A stretch of 64,000 bases of DNA from an uncultured Acidobacteriota bacterium (lineage in GTDB: Bacteria > Acidobacteriota > Thermoanaerobaculia > Gp7-AA8), in NCBI GenBank assembly GCA_963822445.1, contig CAWGHO010000002.1, positions 960,001-1,024,000 of the forward strand. The letters are read 5' to 3'. Below are positions 49,896 through 60,600 of this stretch, one piece after another; position 1 is the first letter of the stretch, and each line of letters opens with the position of its first letter. A program made the position numbers and the translations under genes. The notes beneath the pieces were generated by a model. That model saw only the letters and a program-made list of their open reading frames with translations. It ran no database searches and was not told the origin of the DNA.

Positions 49896-52322
49896 CTACT
49901 CGTAATGAAGCGCGTCGCCAGGCTCCAGCGCGACGGCGCGGCGCGTGGGCAGATAGGAAGCGGTAGAGATGACGAAGGCCATGAGCAGAACGACGGCCGT
50001 CGTCACCGGAGCCACATGGTCGAGAATGTTGGGAATGGCGCGGCTCAGAGGAGGCATCACCAGAATGCCGAGGAAGCCACCGACGATGGCGACGGTCAGG
50101 TAGAGCGCGCCTTTGCGCAGGAACATCGAAGTCGAGCGCCACGTCGTCGCGCCGAGGGCGCGGCGGATGCCCACTTCCTGAGTGCGTTGGGCCACCGAGC
50201 GGCTGATGAGGCCGAAGAGCCCTGTCGCCGCGAGAAACGCCGTAATGAGCGAGACCACAATGAACAGCGGGATCATCGCGGTCGTGCCCAGCTTGATGGC
50301 GCGCATGTAGTCATCGAGCGTCTGCAGGTTGTGCAGCGGCAGATCGCGATCGACGCCGAACGCGGCGGCGCGCAGCGCGGTTCGAGCGTCAGCCGCGCCA
50401 TTGGGCAGTTTCACAAGGACGTGGAACGCCGTCGGGATGGCCTGCCGCAAGGGCTGATACATCGATCCCACCTCGGCATCGGGCCGATAGACGCCGCCCG
50501 GAACGGTGGAGACGACGCCGACGATGGTCAGCCACGAATTGTCGTCCGTGGAATTCAGCCGGACGCGCTTGCCGAGCACGTTTTCGTCGGGCCAGTAACG
50601 CTCGGCCATCTTCTCGTCGACGATCGCGACCTTCAGTGAATCGCTGTTGTCGGTGCTGTCGAACAGCCGTCCGGAACGGAGGGTGATGCCCAGAAGCGGG
50701 AAATAGTTTTCCGACACGACGGTGACCGGCAGAGTCAGCGCACCCTGGTTCTCACCGCCCTGCCGGGTTTCGATTGAAGCCGCGATCCGGACCGGTCTCG
50801 AAGGCGGCGCAGTCGTGATGGCCACATCGGCGCCGGGAACCTTCTTTTCAATTGCCGCGAGCAGGTCTTCCCAGTACCGGAGCCGGCGCGTCGCGTCTGT
50901 CGATTTCGCGTCGAATTGCGTCGCAAACGTCGAAATCATGACCCCGTCGGTCACGATGCCGGAGGGCTTGTTCCCTTCCTTGTTGACGGCGACGACGACG
51001 TTTCCACAGGTCAACAGCACCAGGCAGGAGATGAACACCTGCAGTCCGACCAGGAGGCCAACGCTCTTGTTGCTCCCACGAACCGCCGCGCCTTTGCCAC
51101 TGCCCGCAAGCACGACCGCCGCGTCCTGTCGCGCAATCCGCCAGGCCGGAATCAGCGTGCTGAGAAGCCAGACTGCAATCGCCGCAATCACCGCAACCAC
51201 GAGGTCGAATGAACGCATCGTCGGGCGGTTGATCGAGCGGCCGCCGGCCATGACCTCCGCCATGAAATTGCTGATGCCGTGCGTCCAGCGGACGCCGAGG
51301 AACGCCAGACCATAGCCGGCCACGAGTCCGATGAGGACGATGAGCGCCGTCTCGAGCAGGCATTGACGCAACAGACGGCCGCGCGACGCGCCGAGCGCAT
51401 TCCGCAGAGCGAGCTCGCGGCTGCGCTCGAGCAGACGCGCAAAGAACACCATGCTGATGTTCACGCAGCCGAGGAGCAGCACGCCGACCGAGACGAGGCC
51501 GAGCATGGCCAGGATCGGCGTAACGCCGTGGTTGTACATGCGCGCCGCCGGAACCACTTCGACGCGGCGTCCTGCATTGAAGAGCTTCGGATAACCGCGA
51601 TTGACGTCGTCGACCGCCGCCTTGAGCTCATTGACGATCGGCTCGAGGCTCTGACCTTCGCGCAGGAGGATGAGCGGCGACACGGTCATCGTCGAATCCT
51701 GCGGGCGCGCCAGAGCGGGCATCTGCAGCGGCACCCATACTTCGTAATCGTCGAAGATCAGGTAATCGCGCGGCAGGACGCCGATGATCTGCACCGGCTC
51801 CGCGTCGATACGCGCGGTCTTGCCGATGATCTTCGGGTCGCCGGCGAAGTAGTTCTGCCACGTATCGAAGCTGATGATCGCTACAGGCGCGGCGCCCGGC
51901 TGGCCATCGCGCTCTTCGAACAGGCGGCCCAGCACGGGTGCGACGCGCGTCTCGGACAGGACGCGATGACTGACCGCAGTCCCGCGCAGGCTCGTCGTTG
52001 CCTGGCCTTCACTGAGCACCAGAGCGCGATTCGTGAACGCGCCGAGGTGATCCGCCGAACGACCGTGCTTCATCATTTCCTGCCACGTGTAGGCGTCGAC
52101 GCCCGGCCGCGCGCGGCCTTTTGCGTCAGGGGCCATCTGCACGCTGTACCAGCGCTCGGATGCGGGAAAGCCGAGAGGCTTGAAGACCTGGCTGTAGCCG
52201 AGGACGTTGGTCCAGACCGCCAGACCGACGCTGAGCGCAACGACGCTCGCGCACATCAGCGAATAGCCCCATGACTTGATGAGGAGGCGCCATGCGTATT
52301 TCAGATCGAATAGGAAATTCAT
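49896..52322 (-). CDS. Duplicated MacB/FtsX-type ABC permease (ADOP-like)
   Basis: Two MacB-PCD/FtsX halves (RELALRNALGA, EVGIRRALGA), ends PGDALHYE. Confidence 0.92.
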   Translation of the reverse strand: MNFLFDLKYAWRLLIKSWGYSLMCASVVALSVGLAVWTNVLGYSQVFKPLGFPASERWYSVQMAPDAKGRARPGVDAYTWQEMMKHGRSADHLGAFTNRALVLSEGQATTSLRGTAVSHRVLSETRVAPVLGRLFEERDGQPGAAPVAIISFDTWQNYFAGDPKIIGKTARIDAEPVQIIGVLPRDYLIFDDYEVWVPLQMPALARPQDSTMTVSPLILLREGQSLEPIVNELKAAVDDVNRGYPKLFNAGRRVEVVPAARMYNHGVTPILAMLGLVSVGVLLLGCVNISMVFFARLLERSRELALRNALGASRGRLLRQCLLETALIVLIGLVAGYGLAFLGVRWTHGISNFMAEVMAGGRSINRPTMRSFDLVVAVIAAIAVWLLSTLIPAWRIARQDAAVVLAGSGKGAAVRGSNKSVGLLVGLQVFISCLVLLTCGNVVVAVNKEGNKPSGIVTDGVMISTFATQFDAKSTDATRRLRYWEDLLAAIEKKVPGADVAITTAPPSRPVRIAASIETRQGGENQGALTLPVTVVSENYFPLLGITLRSGRLFDSTDNSDSLKVAIVDEKMAERYWPDENVLGKRVRLNSTDDNSWLTIVGVVSTVPGGVYRPDAEVGSMYQPLRQAIPTAFHVLVKLPNGAADARTALRAAAFGVDRDLPLHNLQTLDDYMRAIKLGTTAMIPLFIVVSLITAFLAATGLFGLISRSVAQRTQEVGIRRALGATTWRSTSMFLRKGALYLTVAIVGGFLGILVMPPLSRAIPNILDHVAPVTTAVVLLMAFVISTASYLPTRRAVALEPGDALHYE

Positions 52323-52349
52323 GTTCGTTCCTTGTCTATTGGTGTTTCG

Positions 52350-53600
52350 CTACTTGAGGAGAATCCGTTCCTGATCCTGGAACTCACCGAGCTCGGAGGT
52401 GATGATCTGGTCGCCCGCCTTCAGGCCCTGCAGAACCTGGAGGTGGTTGAGCGATACCTTTCCCGCCTGAATCCGGACTCTCGTCGCGTAACGACCGGCT
52501 GGATCGAGTTTGTAAACGGCGATTGCGGAGTCGTTCTTGACGTATGACGGCTTGCCGACGAACAGTGCGTTCGGCAATTGACTGATGTAGACGATTCCTT
52601 CGACCTGCAATTGCGGACGCGCACCCTCGGGCAGCGGTCCCTGTAGCTCGACGTCCACGACTACAGTGCCGTCGGTGACGCCGGGATCGACGCGCTTGAC
52701 GATGCCGCTCACCGTTCCATTGCGCGTGTCGATGACCGCTTTCTGTCCCGCCTGAACCTGTGTCGCTTCGCGCGCGGGAACCTTCAGCTCTGCATAAAGC
52801 CGGTCCTGTTGAGCAATGCGGCCGATCGGACTGCCCGGGTGCACCTGCTGTCCGACCTCGGCATGAATGGCCTGCACGATTCCGCTGATGCCGGCCGCGA
52901 TCTTCAAGTCAGCGACTTCCGTCCTGGCGCGCTCCAATGCGCGCGAAAGCTGTGCGACGCGCGAGCGTTTGACCGCGAGCTGCACCTGAATGTTGCCGCG
53001 GACTTTCTGCAGGCGCCTCGCTTCGATCTCGTACGTCTCTCGTAATTGCGTCAGATCGATCCGGGAGCGTTTCAATTCGAGATCGGAGATCAGGCCATTG
53101 CGCGCCAGGGCTTCGTCGGCTTCCGCTTTCGCCTTCGCTTTTTCGGCGTTGAAGCGCACCTGCGTCAGCACGACTTCCTGATTCATCATGCTGGTCTGCA
53201 GTTCGGCCTCGGCGGAGTGCAGCTCGGCCACTGCGCCTTCCAAAGCGGACTGCGCCTCTTCCGCGCTGGCAGAGAGTTGCGGATTGGCCAGTTCCACGAG
53301 CACTTGGCCGACCTCCACCACAGCGCCCGGCTTGATGTCCGCTTTCGCGACCCGGCCGGGCACACGCGCCGCCAGTTGCTCGATGTGCTGCGAGAGCAAT
53401 TGGCCGTTGCCGCTGACCTTGATCTCCATCGTGCCGTGCTGCACGGTCTCGATGCTCAGCTTCGTTCTGTCGACGCGCTTCGTGCTGAAGTCGATGTTGG
53501 CGAGCATTACGCCGCCACTGACCAGCGCGAAGACGGCCGTGGCAATCAGCGCCACGCGTTTCATTGGAGACACCTCGGGCTTAGGAATCACGCGATCCAT
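52350..53600 (-). CDS. Efflux periplasmic adaptor (membrane fusion protein)
   Basis: N-terminal TM, lipoyl halves, coiled coil, GLKAGDQII. Confidence 0.9.
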   Translation of the reverse strand: MDRVIPKPEVSPMKRVALIATAVFALVSGGVMLANIDFSTKRVDRTKLSIETVQHGTMEIKVSGNGQLLSQHIEQLAARVPGRVAKADIKPGAVVEVGQVLVELANPQLSASAEEAQSALEGAVAELHSAEAELQTSMMNQEVVLTQVRFNAEKAKAKAEADEALARNGLISDLELKRSRIDLTQLRETYEIEARRLQKVRGNIQVQLAVKRSRVAQLSRALERARTEVADLKIAAGISGIVQAIHAEVGQQVHPGSPIGRIAQQDRLYAELKVPAREATQVQAGQKAVIDTRNGTVSGIVKRVDPGVTDGTVVVDVELQGPLPEGARPQLQVEGIVYISQLPNALFVGKPSYVKNDSAIAVYKLDPAGRYATRVRIQAGKVSLNHLQVLQGLKAGDQIITSELGEFQDQERILLK

Positions 53601-53653
53601 TTGGGAGCCAGCTTTCTGTAGGAATTAGGTGGAGATTTTCTGAGCGCGCGGCA

Positions 53654-54487
53654 TCAGATCGGTTCGCGGCTTCGCCTCAGTCGTACCGCGGCCACAAGAC
53701 AGGCCGCGGCGAACATCAGACCGACCCATAAGCCGGGGGCACTGAGGAAATCGAGCGGTGCCAGCTCAGCGAACCGGGGGCTGTTCGTGCCGGGTTTTTT
53801 GGCAAAACCTTCCCGGATCGCGCCGCTCATGCGGTATTGCAGCATGTTCATGAAATACCAGGTGTTGAACGTCATCCGTTCGAGACCGGCAATCATCAGC
53901 GGCGGCAACAGTGCCCAGAGAATCGGCGCGCGCTTCGCCCAGGCCGACACTAGCAACAGATAGCAGAAGATCGGCGCGAACCAGAGGGTGTGAATGGTCA
54001 TGCCGTAAACCATGATCACCGGCTCGGGCAGAACCGCACTCAATTGCGCGCCGGTCGCGCCGCGCGACAGAGAGCCGAGGATGGCGACGGGCAACAGAAT
54101 GAGTTGCGCGATCGCACTCAGGATGAGCGCGATCGACGGCAACACGACGAGGGGAATCACGGCCTTGGAAAGGACCGTCGTAACGTCCGAGACCGGGAGG
54201 GACTTGAAGAACAGAATGCTGCGCTCGCGGCGTTCGCCGTAAAGCGCTTCGACGGCATAGAAGAAGCCGACGATGAACGTGGTCAGCATGATCGGAGCGG
54301 GGGCCATGCCGATCGGTTTGGAGATCGGCTTGCCGCCGGGACCGGTTGCCGCCGCCATCAGCGTGGACATGAACGTGCCGAAGAGCACGACTCCGGTCAC
54401 GATCAGCGGCGCGATGTAGATCGAGCGGTTCTCCCACAATTCACGGCGGATCGACCAGTACAGCGGGCGGGTCTCGGCGGGATTCAT
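53654..54487 (-). CDS. ABC-2 type permease
   Basis: RRELWE, ERRERSILFFKSLPVSD...LSK. Confidence 0.88.
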   Translation of the reverse strand: MNPAETRPLYWSIRRELWENRSIYIAPLIVTGVVLFGTFMSTLMAAATGPGGKPISKPIGMAPAPIMLTTFIVGFFYAVEALYGERRERSILFFKSLPVSDVTTVLSKAVIPLVVLPSIALILSAIAQLILLPVAILGSLSRGATGAQLSAVLPEPVIMVYGMTIHTLWFAPIFCYLLLVSAWAKRAPILWALLPPLMIAGLERMTFNTWYFMNMLQYRMSGAIREGFAKKPGTNSPRFAELAPLDFLSAPGLWVGLMFAAACLVAAVRLRRSREPI

Positions 54488-55353
54488 CGTGATGCTCCTT
54501 GTGCCTGCGGGTTGCTCATTACCGCGACGAAGACGTCGGCGACGCTCGGCGTGCGCACGTCGCCCAATGCGGCGAGTTGATTCCGGTCGCCGCGATCGAA
54601 GAGAAGAATGCTGCGGCCGAACACCTGCCGCTCCTGAATCGGTCCCAGCGAGCGCGCGGTTGCGACCTGATCGGGATGCACCATCACCTGCAGGTAGCGC
54701 TGCTCGACTTCCTCCATGCTGCTGGTGAGGACGACGCGGCCGCGATCGATGAAGGCGATGTCGGTGAGAACGTCCTGGATCTCTTCGACCTGGTGCGTGG
54801 TCACCACGATGGTCCGTCCGCGATCGAAGTAGTCGTTCAGCAGCGTGTCGTAGAACTGTTTGCGGAACAGGAGGTCCAGGCCGAGGGTCGGCTCGTCGAG
54901 GACGAGGAGTTTCGCGTCGATGGCCATCACCAGCGCGAGATGGAGCTGGGTGACCATCCCTTTGGAGAGCTCCCGGACCTTGCTGTGTCGCTGGATGTTG
55001 GTCTTCTCCAGTGACGCTTCCGCCTTGGCGCGGTCGAACCGCGGGTGGACGCCGGCCATGTAGTCGAGGAGCTGATGGACGCGGATCCAGCGCGGCAGGA
55101 CGGCGACGTCGGCGACGAACGCGATTTCGTTCATCAACTCATCGCGCTCGAGCCAGGGATCGCGTCCGAGGACCTTCACCTGTCCCTCATAGGGCGTGAG
55201 GCCGAGGATGACGTTCAAGGCGGTGCTCTTGCCGGCGCCGTTGGGACCGATCAGTCCGAGGATGCGACCCTCTTCGACGTGGAGATCGATGCCGTCGAGA
55301 GCGACCGTCGAACCGTAGGCCTTGCGCAGTCCGCGCGCTTCGATCAGTGCCAT
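54484..55353 (-). CDS. ABC transporter ATPase (YtrB-like)
   Basis: GPNGAGKST, LSKGM, LDEPTLGLD. Confidence 0.93.
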   Translation of the reverse strand: MALIEARGLRKAYGSTVALDGIDLHVEEGRILGLIGPNGAGKSTALNVILGLTPYEGQVKVLGRDPWLERDELMNEIAFVADVAVLPRWIRVHQLLDYMAGVHPRFDRAKAEASLEKTNIQRHSKVRELSKGMVTQLHLALVMAIDAKLLVLDEPTLGLDLLFRKQFYDTLLNDYFDRGRTIVVTTHQVEEIQDVLTDIAFIDRGRVVLTSSMEEVEQRYLQVMVHPDQVATARSLGPIQERQVFGRSILLFDRGDRNQLAALGDVRTPSVADVFVAVMSNPQAQGASR

Positions 55354-55357
55354 CGGT

Positions 55358-55741
55358 TCAGCGCTCCCTCTCGTCCGTTTCGGGCTTCGCACCGTGTCCA
55401 TTCAGCAGTTCCTCGGCCTTGAGACCGAGGCGCTGGATGGTTGCGTAGACCCGTGGCCACTGCTCGGCGAGAAACTTCTGGCGCTCGCCTTCCATGAGGA
55501 TGTTGCGCGCACCAGGCTTGACGAACATTCCGCGACCTCGCCTCATCTCGACCAGCTCCTCGTCCACCAGTTCCTGATAGCCCTTCATGACCGTGATTGG
55601 GTTGACCCGATATTCGGCAGCGACGTTGCGGACGGAGGGGAGTGGATCGCCCTCCTTGAGCACCCCGTCGAGGATCAGGTCGACGACCCGATCTCGAAGC
55701 TGCCGGTAAATCGGCTGTGTGTCGTTCCATTGGCCTTCCAT
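55358..55741 (-). CDS. GntR-family regulator, YtrA subfamily
   Basis: PIYRQL, LPSVR, VNPITV.K.Y..L, RRGRGMFV; short C-terminus; upstream of an ABC ATPase. Confidence 0.93.
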   Translation of the reverse strand: MEGQWNDTQPIYRQLRDRVVDLILDGVLKEGDPLPSVRNVAAEYRVNPITVMKGYQELVDEELVEMRRGRGMFVKPGARNILMEGERQKFLAEQWPRVYATIQRLGLKAEELLNGHGAKPETDERER

Positions 55742-55780
55742 TCAGATGTCCGGGTGCCCTTTTCTGCCGTGACTCAACTC

Positions 55781-55806
55781 AGGTGATGTAGTGAACTACA
55801 TCACCT
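55781..55806. promoter_or_regulatory. Palindromic operator, probable YtrA/GntR site
   Basis: AGGTGATGTAGT-ga-ACTACATCACCT, perfect 12-bp arms 40 nt upstream of the GntR gene. Confidence 0.75.
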
Positions 55807-55838
55807 AAACGGATGCAAGCTTTTTTTGTTTTAGGGGA

Positions 55839-55911
55839 CGTGTAGTGTGGGCCTCCGGCCTACCTTTGGGCGGGGGGAACGGAGGGGTAGGCCGGAGGCC
55901 CACACTACACG
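55839..55911. repeat. GTAG-type REP doublet (REPIN-like)
   Basis: 26-bp perfect inverted arms CGTGTAGTGTGGGCCTCCGGCCTACC; each has GTAG plus an internal hairpin. Confidence 0.75.
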
Positions 55912-56843
55912 GGCCAGGCCGCCACGATCTGATCGAGGGCCGTCTCGTAGGTCGCTTTCCCCTCGATCACAGGCTCCCAGTGTCGCGCGATCACGTCGCG
56001 ACAACCGGCGCCGCAGAAGTCGGCGTACATGTTTCCGGCGGTGGCCAGCTCCACGTAGCCGGGCACACCGTGCGCGGCGAGCACGCGGCGGGTGATCTCG
56101 CCAGCGTTGTAGAACAGCACGGCGTGCCAGAGACCGCGCGGCACTTCCTTGCCGTGACGCGCTTCCGCTTCCCTGATCTTCGTGGACAGCCTTCGTCCCC
56201 ATTGATGAGAGGCCTCGTGGAACACCGACTCCAGCGACGCCAGACCGCGCGTACTGAACTCCATCGAGGAGATGGTGATGTGCGGAGGGAACGCGGCGTA
56301 GGCGCCGTTCGGTCCGGCGGTCATGGTCAGGTCGACGGGGATCGGCTCGGCCGGCCACTGCTCGCCGTACGAGCGGGCCACCCACGGCCCGATGTTTTTT
56401 CCGTGCTCGCGCAGCAGCGGTTCGACCGATGCGATCCACGCGCGATTGGCGTTGTCATGCGCGGGCCACCAGTGACGGCGATAGATCGGGGCGGCGCTTT
56501 CGAGCGTCGCACGAAGGTCATCGCTGATCGCCGCACCTTCGAGTGACGACTTCTCCCGCGCATCTCGCAAGGCGACGCGAATCCCGCTCATCACCTCGTC
56601 GTGCAGCAGATCGCGCTGCGCGTAATTCGCTTTGTAAAACGCGACCGCGCGGTCCCACGCCGCGCGCTCGTCCGCGGTCAACTCAGCAGGAGCCGGCATC
56701 CCCCGGGCGGCCACCCGCAGGAAGTGATGAAGGTTCAGCCAGAAGTTGCTGTGAAACGCGAAGAATTTCTGTTCGCTCGGCGGCCCGGCGCTGGTGCAGC
56801 CGAGCAGGGCGATGAGGAGCAGCGCGATCGCTTTGCGTTTCAT
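55905..56843 (-). CDS. Lipoprotein with HExxH motif (putative zinc peptidase)
   Basis: Lipobox LLGC; FHEASH. Confidence 0.75.
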   Translation of the reverse strand: MKRKAIALLLIALLGCTSAGPPSEQKFFAFHSNFWLNLHHFLRVAARGMPAPAELTADERAAWDRAVAFYKANYAQRDLLHDEVMSGIRVALRDAREKSSLEGAAISDDLRATLESAAPIYRRHWWPAHDNANRAWIASVEPLLREHGKNIGPWVARSYGEQWPAEPIPVDLTMTAGPNGAYAAFPPHITISSMEFSTRGLASLESVFHEASHQWGRRLSTKIREAEARHGKEVPRGLWHAVLFYNAGEITRRVLAAHGVPGYVELATAGNMYADFCGAGCRDVIARHWEPVIEGKATYETALDQIVAAWPV

Positions 56844-56874
56844 GGCGCCATTTCGTTCAAGGGCCGCGCCTGCG

Positions 56875-57597
56875 ATGCGTCGCTATACTCGCCCCTTGCG
56901 TTACGTCATCACCTTGCTCGTCGGCATCGTCATCGGCGGCGCTTCGGCTTTCTTCCTGGTCGGTACGCGCTGCCCGAAGTGCGGTGGGGAATCGGTCGCG
57001 CCGAGCAGTCCTGCTCCGGCACCGGTCGCCGCTGCCGTCAGCGTCCCGATCGCGCCGAACGAGGTGCCGATGGATGAGACGATCGCCGACGAGCCGGCGC
57101 TCAAGCCGACGCCGGCCCTCAACGAACCAGCCGGCCTCGACGCGGACGCGATCGTGATTCCCGTGGTCGGCGCCCGTCGCGAGGATCTGAAGGCGATGTT
57201 CAACGAGCGACGCGGCTCGCGCGAGCATCGTGCGATCGACATCATGGCTCCGCGAGCTACACCGGTGCTGGCGGCCATCGACGGCACGGTCGGCAAACTC
57301 TTCCTCAGCAAACCGGGCGGAATCACGATCTACCAGTACGATCCGACCAGGAGCTGGATCTACTACTACGCGCATCTCGACGGATACGCTCCCGGTCTGG
57401 TCGAAGGGCAGCAACTGCGCCGCGGCGACGTGATCGGTTACGTCGGCACGAGCGGCAACGCGCGTCCCGACGCCCCGCACCTGCACTTCTCCATCGAGAA
57501 GCTGACCGAGCCGGGGAAGTGGTGGCAGAGCGAGCCGATCGATCCCTACCCGCTTCTGATGCAGCGCGGCGTGACCGTGCATCGCAGCGCGGAGTAA
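56875..57597 (+). CDS. M23 family metallopeptidase
   Basis: HRAID, YAHL, PHLHF; N-terminal TM. Confidence 0.92.
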   Translation: MRRYTRPLRYVITLLVGIVIGGASAFFLVGTRCPKCGGESVAPSSPAPAPVAAAVSVPIAPNEVPMDETIADEPALKPTPALNEPAGLDADAIVIPVVGARREDLKAMFNERRGSREHRAIDIMAPRATPVLAAIDGTVGKLFLSKPGGITIYQYDPTRSWIYYYAHLDGYAPGLVEGQQLRRGDVIGYVGTSGNARPDAPHLHFSIEKLTEPGKWWQSEPIDPYPLLMQRGVTVHRSAE

Positions 57598-57680
57598 GAA
57601 CGCGAATTTGTCTCCGCGACGTTGCCGACGGCGGTGATTTCGCCGACATACAATTCCGCGTCCGAAACGGAGGCATTCAC

Positions 57681-60600
57681 TTGATTCGAAGACTCGCTTC
57701 GACCGCCTTGGCGCTGCTGCTCGCCGCTCCGCTCCTCTTCGCGGCCCCTGAAAATAGGGACGAGAAGAAGGACGAAAAGAAGAAGGAAGAGCGCAAGCCG
57801 GGCGCGTACGACTCGCAAGCCTTCACCGGCCTGGCCTTCCGCAGCATCGGGCCGGCCTTGACCTCCGGCCGCATCGGCGACATCGCCGTCGATCCGCGCA
57901 ATCCCTCGACGTGGTACGTCGCCGTCGCCTCGGGCGGCGTCTGGAAGACCACCAACGCCGGCACGACCTGGATGCCGATCTTCGACAAGCAGGGCTCGTA
58001 TTCGATCGGCTGCGTAGCCATCGACCCGAAAGACCCGCTGGTGATCTGGGTGGGCACGGGCGAGAACAACAGCCAGCGCAGCGTGTCGTACGGCGACGGC
58101 GTGTACAAGTCCGTCGATGGCGGCGCGACGTGGAAGAACGTCGGCCTCGAGAAATCGGAACACATCGGCCAGATCGTCATCGATCCGCGCGACTCGAACG
58201 TCGTCTACGTCGCATCGCAGGGACCGCTGTGGAACTCCGGCGGCGATCGCGGCCTGTACAAGACCACCGACGGCGGGAAGAACTGGAAGAAGATCCTCGA
58301 CATCAGCCCTGAGACCGGCGTGTCCGAGGTCGTGTACAACCCGCGCAATCCCGACGTGCTGTACGCCGTCGCGTATCAACGACGCCGCCACGTCTGGACG
58401 CTGATCAACGGCGGACCTGAATCCGCGATTCACAAATCGATCGACGGCGGCGCGACCTGGGCGAAAGCGGTCAGCGGCTTCCCCGACGTCCACCTCGGCC
58501 GCATCGGCCTGGGCATCTCCCCCGCCGATCCCGACAAGCTCTACGCGATCGTCGAGGCCGCGGACGGCAAGGGCGGCTTCTTCGCCTCGGCGAACGGCGG
58601 CGCGAAATGGGAAAAGCGCAGCGACTACAAGAGCGGCAGCCCGCAGTACTACCAGGAGATCTTCGTCGATCCGAAAGACGCCGACCGCATCTACTCGATG
58701 GACACCTGGATGATGGTCAGCGAGGACGGCGGCCGCACGTTCAAGAAGGTCGGCGAGCGGTGGAAGCACGTCGACAATCACGCGCTCTACATCGATCCGG
58801 ACGACACGAAGCACATGATCGCCGGCTGCGACGGCGGCGTGTACGAGACCTGGGATCGCGGCGCGACGTGGCGGTTCGTGCCGAATCTTCCGCTCGCGCA
58901 GTTCTACAAGCTCGCTGTCGACAACGCGCTGCCCTTCTACAACGTCTACGGCGGCACGCAGGACAACAACACCGTCGGCGGCCCGAGTCGCACGGCAACG
59001 GAAAACGGGATTCGCAATGCGGACTGGTTCGTGACGGTCACCGGCGACGGTTTTCAGCCGCGCATCGATCCCGAGGATCCGAACGTCGTTTACTCGCAGT
59101 CGCAGTACGGCGGGCTGGCCCGCTTCGACCGCCGCACCGGGGAGATGGTCGACATCAAGCCGGAATCGGCCAAAGGCGAGCCACCCCTGCGATTCAACTG
59201 GGACTCGCCGCTGATCATCAGCCCGCACTCGCGGACGCGGCTCTACTTCGCGGCACAGAGCATCTTCCGCTCCGATGACCGCGGCGATTCATGGCGCGCG
59301 GTCAGCGGCGATCTCACCCGCCAGATCGATCGCAACAAGTTGAAGGTGATGGGACGGGTCTGGTCCGCCGACGCGGTGGCCAAGAACGCCTCGACGTCGT
59401 TCTACGGCAACATCGTCTCGCTCTCCGAATCACCGTTGACCGAAGGGCTGCTGTACGCCGGAACGGATGACGGCCTGATTCAGATCAGCGAGGACAGCGG
59501 CGCGCGCTGGACGAAGATCGACAAGTTCACCGGCATCCCGACGGAGAGCTACGTCTCCGACATCGAGGCCTCGCAGCATGACGCCGGAACGGTCTACGCG
59601 TCGTTCGACAACCATCAGATGGGGGACTTCAAACCGTACCTGCTGCGCAGCCGCGACCGCGGAAAAACGTGGACGTCGATCGCGGGCGATCTTCCGCAGC
59701 GCGGAACGGTTTATTCGATCGCCGAGGATCACGTCGATCGCAATCTGCTGTTCGCCGGAACGGAATTCGGCGTTTTCTTCACCAGCGACGGCGGCGCGAA
59801 GTGGATCCAGCTCAAGGGCGGATTGCCGCCGATCGCCGTGCGCGACATCGCCATTCAGAAACGCGAAAACGATCTGGTCCTCGGCACGTTCGGCCGCGGC
59901 TTCTACATCCTCGACGACTACACGCCGCTGCGGCGCACGACGCCGGAGACGCTGCAGTCCGAGGCGATGCTGTATCCGCTGGGCCGCCCCGTCTGGGTCT
60001 ACAACCCCGCCCTTCCCCTCGGCCTCAAAGGCAAGAGCATGCAGGGCGACGATTACTACGTCGCCGACAACCCGCCGTTCGGAGCTGTGTTCACGTACTA
60101 CCTGAAAGAGCCGCTGCAGAGCCGCCGCAAGGCGCGCCTCGCGGCGGAGGTGAAGCTGGAGAAGGACGGCGAGGACATTCAGTATCCGACCTGGGAAGCC
60201 TTGCGCCAGGAGCAGCGCGAGCCGGAGCCGGCGATCGTGCTGACCGTGCGCGATGAAGAAGGAAACGTCGTGCGCCGCGTGACCGGGCCGGCCGAGGCGG
60301 GATTCCATCGCGTTGCGTGGGACCTTCGCTATCCGACCGTGACGCCGACATCTCTCGAACCGCCGAAGGACGACAACCCCTGGGATCCACCGGCGCGCGG
60401 CATGATGGCCTCAGGTGGCACGTACACCGTGTCGCTGGCGAAGTTGGTCGACGGCAAGTTCGTGGAGGTCGGTCAGCCGCAGAAATTCACGACCCGCTCG
60501 CTCGGCCTCGTGAATGTTTCCGATGAGGACGCGCGTGCGTCGCTCGACTTCGAGCGCAAGACCGCGAGCCTCCAACGCGCGGTGCTCGGCGCGGTCAGCA

